64,000 bases of DNA, taken from the NCBI GenBank assembly GCA_963835065.1, contig CAWIEK010000044.1, forward strand, positions 64,001-128,000. Direction: 5' to 3'. Below are positions 27,603 to 37,611 of the stretch, one piece after another (positions within the stretch are counted from its first letter, which is position 1; every line of letters begins with the position of its first letter). Below the pieces are notes generated by a model. That model had not been told where the DNA came from, did not search any database, and saw only the letters and a program-made list of their open reading frames with translations. Source of the DNA: an uncultured Chthonomonadaceae bacterium (GTDB lineage Bacteria > Armatimonadota > Chthonomonadetes > Chthonomonadales > Chthonomonadaceae). Made by a program: the position numbers and the translations under genes.

Positions 27603-30108
27603 TCAATTGAAGGAAATATGCAGATCGCCGACAACGCCCTCTTTGAAGTTCAGCTTGATGCTGTAACCGGCGGAAGGGTCGTCCACGTCATTGGGCGTGA
27701 CCACAACGCCGTCTTCTTTCAGCGGGCCGGGGAACGCATTGACGGTCTTGCCCAGCGGATCGTACCAGCCCTTGTTGCCGCCGTCCACATACAGCAGAAT
27801 TTCCGCGATAAGCGCTTCCATTTCCTCCTGCGTGGGCAGCGCGCCGCCTTCAAACGCTTGATACGCCAGCAGCAGGCGGCGCAGATACACCTCCTGCCGG
27901 TAGTGGTGAATCATGCGATAGCGATAGCCGGAGCCGATGTCCACGCGATACAGCGTGCGCGGCGCGACAATCGCAGGGTTTTTGCCGGCAACATGCCGAA
28001 ATACGAGAAACGACTGATCCACGCCCGAAAACTGCGAATAGATGTCGTCGCCGGTAAACTCGTCGAGCGGTACGCGGGTCTGCGCGAATATGGGATGGGC
28101 GGTAACATCTACGGCAATACCGGGCAGTCTCGGGTTCACCTGTTGCTGCATTTTGGAAATAGCCTGCAGCACTTTGGGCTGGTCATTCGCCATGATGCGT
28201 CCCGCCGCGACATAGCAGGCGCGCACGGCAACGGGCGGCACTTCCACCGCTACCTCGCGCCCGTCCGCCACCTTGCCCGTGATCAGTACGCCGTCCGGGG
28301 GCAGGCACAGGAAATCGGGCGCGCACAAAATGCCGGAAACCGCCCACGACTGCCCCACAACGTCGTCCACGCAGTAATCGTTTTGTACGCCTTCCACAAC
28401 GACTTTTTTCGCCCGCCCGGAAATCAGCCTTTCTTCGGGCGAGAACAGTACTTGAAAGCCGCACTCATAGCCCAGTTCCATCAGGCCCATCACTTCGGCT
28501 GCGCCCGCCACGCGCCCAAACCCGCCGAACTGCTCGATGCGCTCGTGGCGCAGTTTCTCGATGCGCGCGTCCAACTGGATATGGTCATCCTCGACCTCGG
28601 CCTCTGTGGTACGCTGGTAATCCTCTTCAAAGTTGCCGCCCCGGATGCGCCCCTCGCCGGGGGGAGTCGGTTCCTGGCCGAGGAAGGGAGCGACATGCGG
28701 CACAATCGCAAAGGAAATGGCGTCCTGGTACTGGTTGCCAGCCTGGTGGCATGCGCGGCGCATGTAGTAGACAAGCTCTTCCTGATAGATTTGCCACAGG
28801 TCGGTCAGTTCGCCGTTGGCGACGATAAGTTCCGGCTGTATGCCCATGACGTCCGGCGGAAACTCGTTGAAGAGAGAATAAACTCCCATAATCGTTTCAA
28901 ACAGAGGAATCACTTCGCGGAGGAAGCTTTGTACGCCCTTGCTGTACACGCCAAGAAAATCGTCATGCGCTTTCGCCAATTCCTGCGCGTCGAATTTGTA
29001 GGTGATTCCATCCGGGCCGGTCAGACCTTTGGCAAGTTCTTTGGGATCGTTGAGGACGACGGCAAGCAGGTTTCCTACAACCGGGTCAATCTTCTTCAGA
29101 CGCACCATCTCGCTCATGAAGCTGCCGACAACGGCGGGAAGCTGGGCTTTTCTGTCCTTGATGGTAGCGATTTCGCTCAGGTCGCGCTTTGCCAGGGGCT
29201 TGCTTTCCAGCGCGTTGCGCAGGGGAACCAGTTCCGTGCTTCCCGTGCGGGTGGCCGCGCCCGCGCCGATGGCCTTGCGCGTGGGCGGCGGCAATTTGGG
29301 AATGTCTTCGACGCTCAGGCGGCCATTGGTTCCGATGGTCAGGAACAAATTTTGATCGCTTGATTGACCGCTGCCCCCACTCGGCCCGACCATAGATTTG
29401 TAAGATTCCAGCAGCGCGTGTTCCGCGATGGCTGTGGTGCGCAGTTGATCGGACAGCGCGTTTTCCAGTTCGGACTTGCGCCGCTCAAAGGCTTCCAGCG
29501 AACGCTGGATGTCCTTGTTCATCTTCACTTCGCCGCTGGAATCTTCGGCCCGCTTCATTTCGATCAGCAGTTTTTCCAACTGGGCATGCAGCGTCTGCAT
29601 GGACTTTTTCACCAAGCCGTACTGTACGCTGGGCTTGAAGCCAAACAGCGCTTCGTCAATGTTGACCCGATCCGCGCCCTGACGCAAACGCACCCGATTG
29701 CTGATAAGGTCGCGCAGCGAACGGATGAAGGGATGGGAACTCGTTGATGAGTATCTTGGTCCAGCCCGGCCCGCCTTCCAGCGAGAACTCATAATGCGGA
29801 AGTTCATCAAGGGAGTAGACCTGGCCTTCCGCGTCTTCGGTCGTGATTTGCCCACCCGCCCGTAGGCGATAAAAAAAAGCGGGCTGCATCTTGTCCATGA
29901 ACTCTTTGAAAGAATGGACAGCCAGTTCTTTCTTGACTTTGTCTCGAAATTGCGTCCACGTCATCAAGCCGGACTGCAAATAGGCCAGCATATCTTCCAG
30001 GCGTGGCGCATCTATGGACAAGTTGACGGAGGTAAACAAAATGGCGCGGCTGGTGTTGGGCTGCATGGTCTGATTGACAAATTGCAGCGTTTTACGATTA
30101 ATGGGCAT
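27603..30108 (-). CDS. Contractile sheath (TssC/DUF5458-like) with long N-terminal extension; frameshift near 29738
   Basis: Removing one base joins KILINE to SHPFIRSL (about 835 aa). The C-terminal half has ELIVANGELTDL, ISFAIVP, GILCAPDFL and VPP...AAGRI, resembling DUF5458 sheath motifs. Confidence 0.6.
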
Positions 30109-30218
30109 GTCGAACTTTCTCCCGGAATGTGACTGTTTGTTTTACCTGCATTGTTCTAGTGACGTAGAATACACCACTCGTGTTCCGTCTATCGCCATAA
30201 AAAGTAGATATTGAATGA

Positions 30219-30235
30219 TCATCTTTGCAAGATGA
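30219..30235. promoter_or_regulatory. Inverted repeat TCATCTT-N3-AAGATGA in the AT-rich divergent promoter region; possible operator
   Basis: Perfect 7-bp arms between the T6SS-like and cas operons. Confidence 0.3.
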
Positions 30236-30601
30236 GCGTCAACTTCACAAATTGATAAATATGATCAGATGGATGAGGCGCAAAGCGGTTTTAGGCCAGC
30301 GAAATTGGAGGATCTGCTGAATTTAAGAGAGTGTTCTACCCTAACCAACCTGACAGGCGAAAAGTTCTGTTGCGGTTCCCAATCTGGCGCGATTTTAAGA
30401 AAATTTTATTCAAACCACAGAGGAAAAGCATATCCAGTCGGTCAATCTATATCCACGCCCTGTTACTTTCAACAGCCTGCCCGGGCGCAAACGATTTTCC
30501 CATACTCTGTTACATCTTCCAATGGTCAAGGCATGTTAGATAAATGCAACCAAATGGATTGTGTAAAAATATTCCTGAGCAACTATCCCGGAGGTCGTTC
30601 C

Positions 30602-31879
30602 ATGCCAAAGTATACACACATGGTTTGTTTGGTTGGCGAGAATCCTCTGCCTATCTGGTTGGGAATTCACCAGTTTATGCCATCGAAGCAAGAAACGGCC
30701 AACATAGAAGCAAAGCCGATTGTCCGTCTCGTCTACTCAAGTCAAACCAAGAAGGTCGCTGAACACCTGCAAAAACAGTTGCAGCATGAAAGCGATAGTG
30801 GTCTGCACGAGATTAGATGCTTATTCGATGCCGATGGCGAACTCAAAGAAGCCTTTTCACCACAGGCAATGAGGGAGACGTTGAAAAAGCTGAATGGCGA
30901 GAACCTTAGTGATCTTGACGATTATGCGTTGAACTACACCGGTGGCACAAAGGTTATGGCTGCCTACTTTCTCCACGACTGGATGACGACCGGACGCAGT
31001 GACCGCGCATTCTATCTACAAGAAACAAACGGGCAATTTCACTTTGATAGCGGCACCCCATATCCACTTAAGCCAACTATTAGAGAGTTGACACTTGACA
31101 CTCTCGAAAGACTTCACGGCGCTAATCCGCATTCGTTGCGCCCCAATGTGCCCTGTAACAAACAAGATTGTGTGAATTTTTATAATGCACATCAAAGCGG
31201 CGAGTTGGCAAAAATCAAGAAGAAGTCATCTGATAAGTGGAACCCACTAGAACCTTCAATTCCTTACTTTCATGCCCAAGTTGAAAGTGAAGGAACTTGG
31301 AGAGGGGAGAGTGAATGGGCGCAAATTTTTACACTACTCACCGACAATGCGCGTACGCAATGGCAGCAATCTATCTTCTATTCTGATGACACAAAGCAAA
31401 AGCTCAGTGAAGAACTCAAGGAGCAGTTCCGCTTTGCCTTTAAGAATGAGTGGCTGGAATGGCTTGTCATGTTCTGGCTGAAAGAAGTATTGCCTGACAG
31501 TAAAGTTACCACTGGCAAGAAGTTCAAAATTGAAGGCCAAGAGTTTGAAGCAGATGCGCTGGTGGTTCACAAGAATCGTCTTTATTACTTCTCTGTCACT
31601 ACCAAATTGAAGCCCGATGAGTGTAAAGAGAAAATGTTCGAGGCTATACACCGCTCGCGGCAGTTGGGTGGTGGATTAGCGCGTTCTTGTACCATTTGCC
31701 TGGCAGATGAATACGATGATTACGAGAGCGGCAAAAAGGTGGATACAGTTTCAGCAATTCGTAAATCTCTCACGAGCAGCGATAAAATCGGGAACCACAC
31801 CATCTTTGGACTTAAAGAGATCACTAAATGGCTAACTGATGAAAACATCGAAGATATGGAAACTTTCATCAATCAATAG
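30602..31879 (+). CDS. CARF-domain + PD-(D/E)xK nuclease (Card1/Can2-like cOA effector)
   Basis: LVGENPLP and LNYTGGTKVMA CARF motifs; EWLE...EFEADAL...FSVTT...KMFEA..R..QLGG nuclease domain. Confidence 0.85.
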   Translation: MPKYTHMVCLVGENPLPIWLGIHQFMPSKQETANIEAKPIVRLVYSSQTKKVAEHLQKQLQHESDSGLHEIRCLFDADGELKEAFSPQAMRETLKKLNGENLSDLDDYALNYTGGTKVMAAYFLHDWMTTGRSDRAFYLQETNGQFHFDSGTPYPLKPTIRELTLDTLERLHGANPHSLRPNVPCNKQDCVNFYNAHQSGELAKIKKKSSDKWNPLEPSIPYFHAQVESEGTWRGESEWAQIFTLLTDNARTQWQQSIFYSDDTKQKLSEELKEQFRFAFKNEWLEWLVMFWLKEVLPDSKVTTGKKFKIEGQEFEADALVVHKNRLYYFSVTTKLKPDECKEKMFEAIHRSRQLGGGLARSCTICLADEYDDYESGKKVDTVSAIRKSLTSSDKIGNHTIFGLKEITKWLTDENIEDMETFINQ

Positions 31880-31893
31880 AGAGGATTTCTGGT

Positions 31894-33378
31894 ATGGCAT
31901 TGGATAGTGACGGAGTAAATTCGGCCTATATCTCCTTCGATGTAGATCGTATCAAGGAGTTTGTATTCGCCGGACAGCGCCCTCTCGACATTACTGGAGC
32001 AAGTGAGCTAATAAAGCAACTGGACACGCAGGTAAATGGCGGTAGCCTGGAGACATGGCTACACGAATTTCAACCTTTTGAAGTTATCTACGCGGTTGGC
32101 GGTTCCGGCATGATTCGCCTCATTGATAGTACGCGAGCAGGCGATCTATGCTGCTATCTGGAGCAGAAGTTTCGACAGGAAACGCTTACCGGATCGTGCA
32201 GCGCGGTTTATGTTCCCATTCCCAAAACGCCGCCAACAGGAGCCGCCTTCCGGGACGCGCTCCGCTTGCTGGGTATTCGCCTTCAGCAACGCAAAGCGGA
32301 GAAGGCGGGTAAAGAGCCTGCGGAAGCGTGGACAATGGGAAACTTCTCGCGCTGTCAGGCATGTGGTATTTTCCCATCTTCTGTGGAGGATGTCAAACTT
32401 CCCACTAACGAGGAGAAACGATGGATTTGCGCGTCCTGTCTGAAAAAGCGAACCACAGGACGAAACCTGAGAAACTTGATTTCCGACCGGGGCAATCTGG
32501 CGCTCTCACTCAGTGATATTTCCAATTCTTACATTGCCTGTCTCTACGCGGATGTCAACAAAGCCGGCAAATTATTGCTTGCCTGTAATGAGGAGCGGGA
32601 AGTACGCCTCTTCTCCGATCATTTCTTTCGGATATTACAGCAGGAATTTCTTAAGCAAGTTCCGGGCAGATTTCAAAGCCCGGTCATTGGCGGCGATGAC
32701 TTGCTTCTCCTGATTCCTGCACAGAACTGTGTCCATGTCACCATGAGTCTGTGGCAACAGGTTGAAACGAGCCTGACTCACGTTCCTCAATACCTTGTGA
32801 ATACAGAGGTTGGAAAACTGCTGCAAAATGTTTCTCTAAGCCTCAGCCTAGTGATTGTCGAGCATCAACTCCCTATCAACTTCATCTTCGATATGGCGCA
32901 GTCACTTCTCAAGAGCGCGAAAACGGGCAGTTATCAACTTGGAATGTCTACCATTGACTACATGCTCCTGAAAGGGGGCAGTCCGATGAGCGGGAATATC
33001 AAGGCGCTTCGGGACCATTACTTCACTGCCTCTTTGCCACAGGGAACCACGTTCCCGCAGGCCGAAGACGCAGGAGAGATTGAGATAAGACAGCAATATC
33101 TCACGCGCCGTCCCTACACGCGCGCGCAACTGAACGAACTAGTTCAACTCCTGCGGGTTGTCAAGGACAGGAAGGCGGCCTTCCGCTCAATTCTTGACAA
33201 GTTTCAAATTGCAAGCCCCACGGAAGTCTACATCCACGCGCAGTATCAGAAATCGCGGGAGTATCTGCCAGGTAATGTTGACGAGATGCTCTATCGCATC
33301 GAAACACGCGAGGGTGATAACATATTGACGACCGGCGTGGGCGACCTCCTTGAACTCTACGAAATGAACTCGCTTTAG
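31894..33378 (+). CDS. cas10: Compact Cas10 (no HD domain) with intact GGDD palm
   Basis: FDVDRIKEFVF...DITGAS palm 1, CQAC...CASC Zn finger, YADVNKAG and IGGDDL palm 2; 494 aa. Confidence 0.9.
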   Translation: MALDSDGVNSAYISFDVDRIKEFVFAGQRPLDITGASELIKQLDTQVNGGSLETWLHEFQPFEVIYAVGGSGMIRLIDSTRAGDLCCYLEQKFRQETLTGSCSAVYVPIPKTPPTGAAFRDALRLLGIRLQQRKAEKAGKEPAEAWTMGNFSRCQACGIFPSSVEDVKLPTNEEKRWICASCLKKRTTGRNLRNLISDRGNLALSLSDISNSYIACLYADVNKAGKLLLACNEEREVRLFSDHFFRILQQEFLKQVPGRFQSPVIGGDDLLLLIPAQNCVHVTMSLWQQVETSLTHVPQYLVNTEVGKLLQNVSLSLSLVIVEHQLPINFIFDMAQSLLKSAKTGSYQLGMSTIDYMLLKGGSPMSGNIKALRDHYFTASLPQGTTFPQAEDAGEIEIRQQYLTRRPYTRAQLNELVQLLRVVKDRKAAFRSILDKFQIASPTEVYIHAQYQKSREYLPGNVDEMLYRIETREGDNILTTGVGDLLELYEMNSL

Positions 33379-33386
33379 GAGATGTG

Positions 33387-35189
33387 ATGAGCTATACATT
33401 GACACTCTTTGCAGAAACGCCTATCCTGATTGATGGGCAACATAGCTCCTTCATTGTAGACAAGTCCACGGCAAGGAAAATAGTTGCCAAAAAGGACAAT
33501 TCGGAGGAGAAGCGAAGCAAGCCGTTTATCCCCGCGTCTGCCCTTAAAGGCGCATTGCGCATCGAGTTCGAGCGTCTTCTGCGTGGCATTGGTATTTATA
33601 TTTGTCCCGCTCCTGACCCAGAAAAAATGTGCAAAGATAGAAATAAACTCTGCCTTGCCTGTCGCTTGTTTGGTGGACCGAATTCCCGCGTAGGGAAGCT
33701 GCGATTCCAAGATGCTCTGTTCCAGCCAAGTTTTGATGAAGATGCCTATGCCCGGCGAATGGGAGTCAGCATCTCGCGCCAACTTCGCAAAGTGGAAGGC
33801 CAGAAACTTTATAGCCAGGAAGCGGCTCCTGCGAACCTGAAATACCAGGGCGCTATCGCCGTCCTCGAACCTCTTTCAGATGAGGAGAGCGCCTACTTTG
33901 AAAAGGTTCTCGCCTGGTGCGAAATGGAAGGATTGTTCATCGGAGGAAATCGTTCGCGCGGAATGGGCAAAATCGCCCTGAATGTCAAGAAGTCCGATCC
34001 TGTAGTTCCCACAACTTTACATTTTGAGGAAAAGGGGAAAACCAAAGTCTATCAAGTCACCTTCGAGCGTGATGCAAATCAGCCGGAACCGATGCGTGTC
34101 AGCCGACACAAGACCGGAAGTTACCTGCTCAACAGTTTCGACTTTTTGCCGGGCAGTACCGCGCGTGGAGCCGCCGCATGGGGATGGACGCGCCAGGGAC
34201 TGCCGGAGGCCGATGTTTCGGAACTGATATTGCGGCGTACACGATTTTCCCATCTTTATCCGGTCCAACTAGATGAAATACGCCCTTCAACCGCGGTTGC
34301 ATGCAAACAGCAACCTGACAAAGATGGCCCATTTGACACGCTTTTACTGCGTTTCCTGCTAAACCAGGCGGAGAAGACGGCTAATGGTAAAGCGCTGATT
34401 TCCCTTTTTGAACGACTTGATGCCTGTCCTAATTGCAAAGGCGGATTAATTCCAGCAGATCGTTTTAAGACAAGCGCGGACCGGCAGTTAATGATAAAGT
34501 TGGGGCTGAACCGGCAAACGGGACACGCAAAAGAAACTTTCTTCTATATCTATGAAACCCTGAACTCGCAGACTACCTATTCCGGGTTCCTTCAGGCAGA
34601 TGAGAGCATTGAAGCTCTTCCTGAAACGGTGCCGGTCTTCATTGGCGGCGCGAGAGGCAAAGGTTTCGGCAAAGGAACACTCAAAATCCACCATGATGTT
34701 TCTCATGTGCCGGGTGATCTCGATGCGGTGAAAGAACGTCTTAAGCAGCTCAATCGCAAGTTGGAAGAATTGGCAGCAGAGAAAATGTATGCGCTTGCTC
34801 TTCCACAGAATCGAACCTACTTCTCTCTGATGTTGCTGACAGACTTGGTTCTTCCGCCGAACACGGCGCTACAAGACTTGCTGGAACGCGAAGGCTGGCA
34901 GTGGGAGTTGGCTCAACTCGGCTGGACGCGCATGGGAGGCTTCAATGAGGCGGCTGTGCAGCGCAAGCCCCTCATCCCTGTATTGGAGCGCGGTGGCACT
35001 GTCCTGCTTTCTGTTGACCATGACGAGAACACAAGGGATCAGCTCGCCATACGGCTTGCAGAACTTGAGACCACAGGGCTTGGCTTGATGCGGATGCAGG
35101 GTTTTGGCTGGATTTATTCGAATCACGACTTTCACGATTTTGGCGTTATACCCAATAAGGAGCAGAGCGATGGAACAAGAGCGTCTTGA
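33387..35189 (+). CDS. csx10: Cas7-Cas5 RAMP fusion (Csx10-like)
   Basis: PFIPASALKGALR, C..CRLFG, IGGNRSRGMG; then LPGSTARGA, IGGARGKGFG and GLGLMRMQGFG G-loops. Confidence 0.85.
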   Translation: MSYTLTLFAETPILIDGQHSSFIVDKSTARKIVAKKDNSEEKRSKPFIPASALKGALRIEFERLLRGIGIYICPAPDPEKMCKDRNKLCLACRLFGGPNSRVGKLRFQDALFQPSFDEDAYARRMGVSISRQLRKVEGQKLYSQEAAPANLKYQGAIAVLEPLSDEESAYFEKVLAWCEMEGLFIGGNRSRGMGKIALNVKKSDPVVPTTLHFEEKGKTKVYQVTFERDANQPEPMRVSRHKTGSYLLNSFDFLPGSTARGAAAWGWTRQGLPEADVSELILRRTRFSHLYPVQLDEIRPSTAVACKQQPDKDGPFDTLLLRFLLNQAEKTANGKALISLFERLDACPNCKGGLIPADRFKTSADRQLMIKLGLNRQTGHAKETFFYIYETLNSQTTYSGFLQADESIEALPETVPVFIGGARGKGFGKGTLKIHHDVSHVPGDLDAVKERLKQLNRKLEELAAEKMYALALPQNRTYFSLMLLTDLVLPPNTALQDLLEREGWQWELAQLGWTRMGGFNEAAVQRKPLIPVLERGGTVLLSVDHDENTRDQLAIRLAELETTGLGLMRMQGFGWIYSNHDFHDFGVIPNKEQSDGTRAS

Positions 35190-35559
35190 CGAACTGAATC
35201 GCCAAAACGAGGCGATGCGCAGGCGGTTTCAGAAACAGCAGGCATTGGATGATGAGAAAGATATGCTGGCGAAACTAGCAGTAAGTCTGGTGGACAAACT
35301 ACGTGCGAACCAGGAAGTCAGATTTCCCAAAAAGTCTCAGCTTCAAAACTTTCGCACTGCCGCTGCCGGTTACGTTTCTGTCCAGGAGATCAAAATCTAC
35401 ATCACCTATCAGATGAGTTGAAGTCAAAGCCCGCTCAATCGGACTTTTGGCAAAACCATCATTGACAATCTCGACAAATTTGACAACGATATTGAAAAGT
35501 CCCGGCTCTTCTTAGGCTACTTCTGCCGGTACGGTGCGCAATTTGCCGAGAAAGGATAA
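35170..35559 (+). pseudogene. Cas11/Csm2-like small subunit with an in-frame TGA at 35419-35421
   Basis: KSQLQN...IYITYQMS*SQSPLNRTFGKTIIDNLDK...RLFLGYFCR; the reading frame continues to TAA at 35557-35559. Confidence 0.75.
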
Positions 35560-35563
35560 CAGG

Positions 35564-36358
35564 ATGAGCAAGAAACCCAATGATGTTTTGGCAAGCAGAG
35601 TTCGTCTGACAGGTTTTGTTCAGAACGAAACGGCGCTGCACATCGGTATAGGACGCTCGCTCGGCGTCACCGGAAGCGACTCGCCGGTTTTGCTGGATTA
35701 CTTCAATAACCCTGTAATTCCCGGTTCTTCCTTCAAAGGAACCCTGCGCGCGAATTTGGAAGCCGTCGTGCGCGGCTTGAATTTCGGCAAGTTGCTGTGG
35801 ACTTGTGACACCGTTGCGCATACCAATGAACACAAAACCTGTTGCGTTCGTGACAAGGAAGATTGGGACAAAGCCGATGTGATATTAAACAACTTGTGCG
35901 ACATGTGTTACCTGTTCGGCGCTCCCTATTTCGGCGCGAGACTATTTATTTCGGACATGGTTGTCGCGCCTGACTGTTGGCTGCCACAGATGCTTGGAGT
36001 GCGGGACGGGGTTGCCATTGATCGGGAAACTCGTACAGCTTCCGGGGGCAAGAAATATGATTTTGAGACCGTTCCCCCCGGTGTTCGCTTCAAACTTGAC
36101 TTGGTGCTGGACAATCCACAGGATCACGAGGTAGGTCTGCTCCTGCGTGGCTTCGAACTTTATAACGAGGGCTTTGCGTTCCTTGGAGGCAAGACTTCGC
36201 GCGGCACGGGGCGGATATCCATTAGAATCGAAACCATCACACGTCTTGATCCTGTTGCTTTCCTCAAAGGTGAACAGACATATCGCACTGTTTTTGGGGA
36301 TGGAGAGTGGAACCACTACTACGAGGCTCTGAAAACCCGGCTGACGCCACAGGAGTAG
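35564..36358 (+). CDS. cas7: Cas7 (Csm3/Csx7-like) RAMP
   Basis: TALHIG, GSDSPV (Asp at the Csm3 catalytic position), IPGSSFKG, RDGVAIDR, LGGKTSRGTG. Confidence 0.92.
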   Translation: MSKKPNDVLASRVRLTGFVQNETALHIGIGRSLGVTGSDSPVLLDYFNNPVIPGSSFKGTLRANLEAVVRGLNFGKLLWTCDTVAHTNEHKTCCVRDKEDWDKADVILNNLCDMCYLFGAPYFGARLFISDMVVAPDCWLPQMLGVRDGVAIDRETRTASGGKKYDFETVPPGVRFKLDLVLDNPQDHEVGLLLRGFELYNEGFAFLGGKTSRGTGRISIRIETITRLDPVAFLKGEQTYRTVFGDGEWNHYYEALKTRLTPQE

Positions 36359-36371
36359 AAAGGAATTGCGC

Positions 36372-37197
36372 ATGTTCAGCAGTCTTAGAAATACGGCGAA
36401 ACTACAAATAAAACTGTCGCCGGAAGGTTCTTTTCTCATCAAGGCGCGGGAGAGTCTTAACCCCATGCGCCCGGATATGGAGTTTGTACGACTAAATACC
36501 GCATACGGAGAGACCCTCTACATTCCCGGTTCTTCGCTAAAAGGCGTCACACGTTCCAATGTCGAAGCATTGGTAACAGCCATGAATAATGTAGTCTGCA
36601 ACTCCTCCGACAAAACCTGCGGCAGATGCGATGGTTGCGCAACTTTTGGTAGTACGAGTATGGCAAGTCATGTTCGCTTTGGCGATCTGCTTCCTTGGCG
36701 TATTTCGCAAAAGCCAGAGGAGCGGGAACAGGCTGTAGTGGCACTCCAACCATTTCTCAACACACGTACTAATGTCGCTATTAACCGTAGGAAGGGCAGT
36801 GTAGGAGGCGGAGGCCCATTTGAAATGGAAGTGCTGTCGGGTGGAAGTTTTTTCGGAGAGGTTGTACTGGAAAACTACGACTTGTGGCAAATGGAGTTGA
36901 TACTGACGATCTTCGACCGCATTGATGATGGCACAATTCGCATGGGCTACGGCACATCCCGAGGCTTAGGGCGCGTAAAGCTGGAGGTGGAGACGATTTC
37001 AGATAGAGCAGTTCGGCGAACTGGCGCGTGACGCCCGCCTTTGCGGCAGCAGCATGAATGAACAGATAGAACTTTCTTCCTCTGTCACTTCTTCAGCCAG
37101 TCCGCTTGGCAGAAAATGGCAACTCACACGTGAAGATGTGTACGATGATGTATTCACCTGCCTTGTCAATCGTTATCAAGGAAGGGGCGCACATTGA
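36372..37197 (+). CDS. cas7: Cas7 RAMP; frameshift near 36998
   Basis: YIPGSSLKG, C..CATFG, RTNVAINR, MGYGTSRGLG; removing one T extends the ORF to TGA at 37195-37197. Confidence 0.85.
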
Positions 37198-37611
37198 ACG
37201 CGGAAATACAGCGGTTCGCGGACTTCAGATGCCTTTTTATCCACGCTTCGCGCGTTCAAAGATACTCTTCATGTTACCATAGAAACGCACCGTCAAAGCG
37301 ACGTACTGCATAATGTCGCCGTAAAAGAGGCTGTGGAACGATATGAACTGGAACTGGCTTCTCTGCCTTACGACCTCACCTTTCGCGCCTACGATGCCAA
37401 TTGCGAAGCCGCATGGTATGGCACGGAAGGCGTACTGATTCGCCTGAACGAAACCGGCAGCTATGCCGTGAGCAAACCGATTAGTTACAAAGAGAGTGGC
37501 GCGCAATCGAAAGTGTGTGTCAGAGAGATTATCTGTGAGGGGCGCGTCATTTATCGAAAACTCGAGCCTATACCTATACAGGAGGCGAAAACAGATGCGA
37601 ATCGTGACTGA
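37194..37611 (+). CDS. Small accessory protein in the csx19 position; frameshift near 37224
   Basis: TTG overlaps the upstream stop; removing one T gives an ORF of about 139 aa between Cas7 genes. Confidence 0.5.

Noticed and set aside
27618..29363. 581-aa plus-strand ORF
   Set aside because: Antisense shadow of the sheath-like gene
30269..30601. N-terminal extension of the CARF ORF
   Set aside because: The CARF domain begins at Met 30602 with a GGAGG RBS; the upstream part looks like promoter DNA
35419..35421. Selenocysteine or recoded TGA in cas11
   Set aside because: The position corresponds to Arg rather than Cys, and TGA is a normal stop in many other genes here
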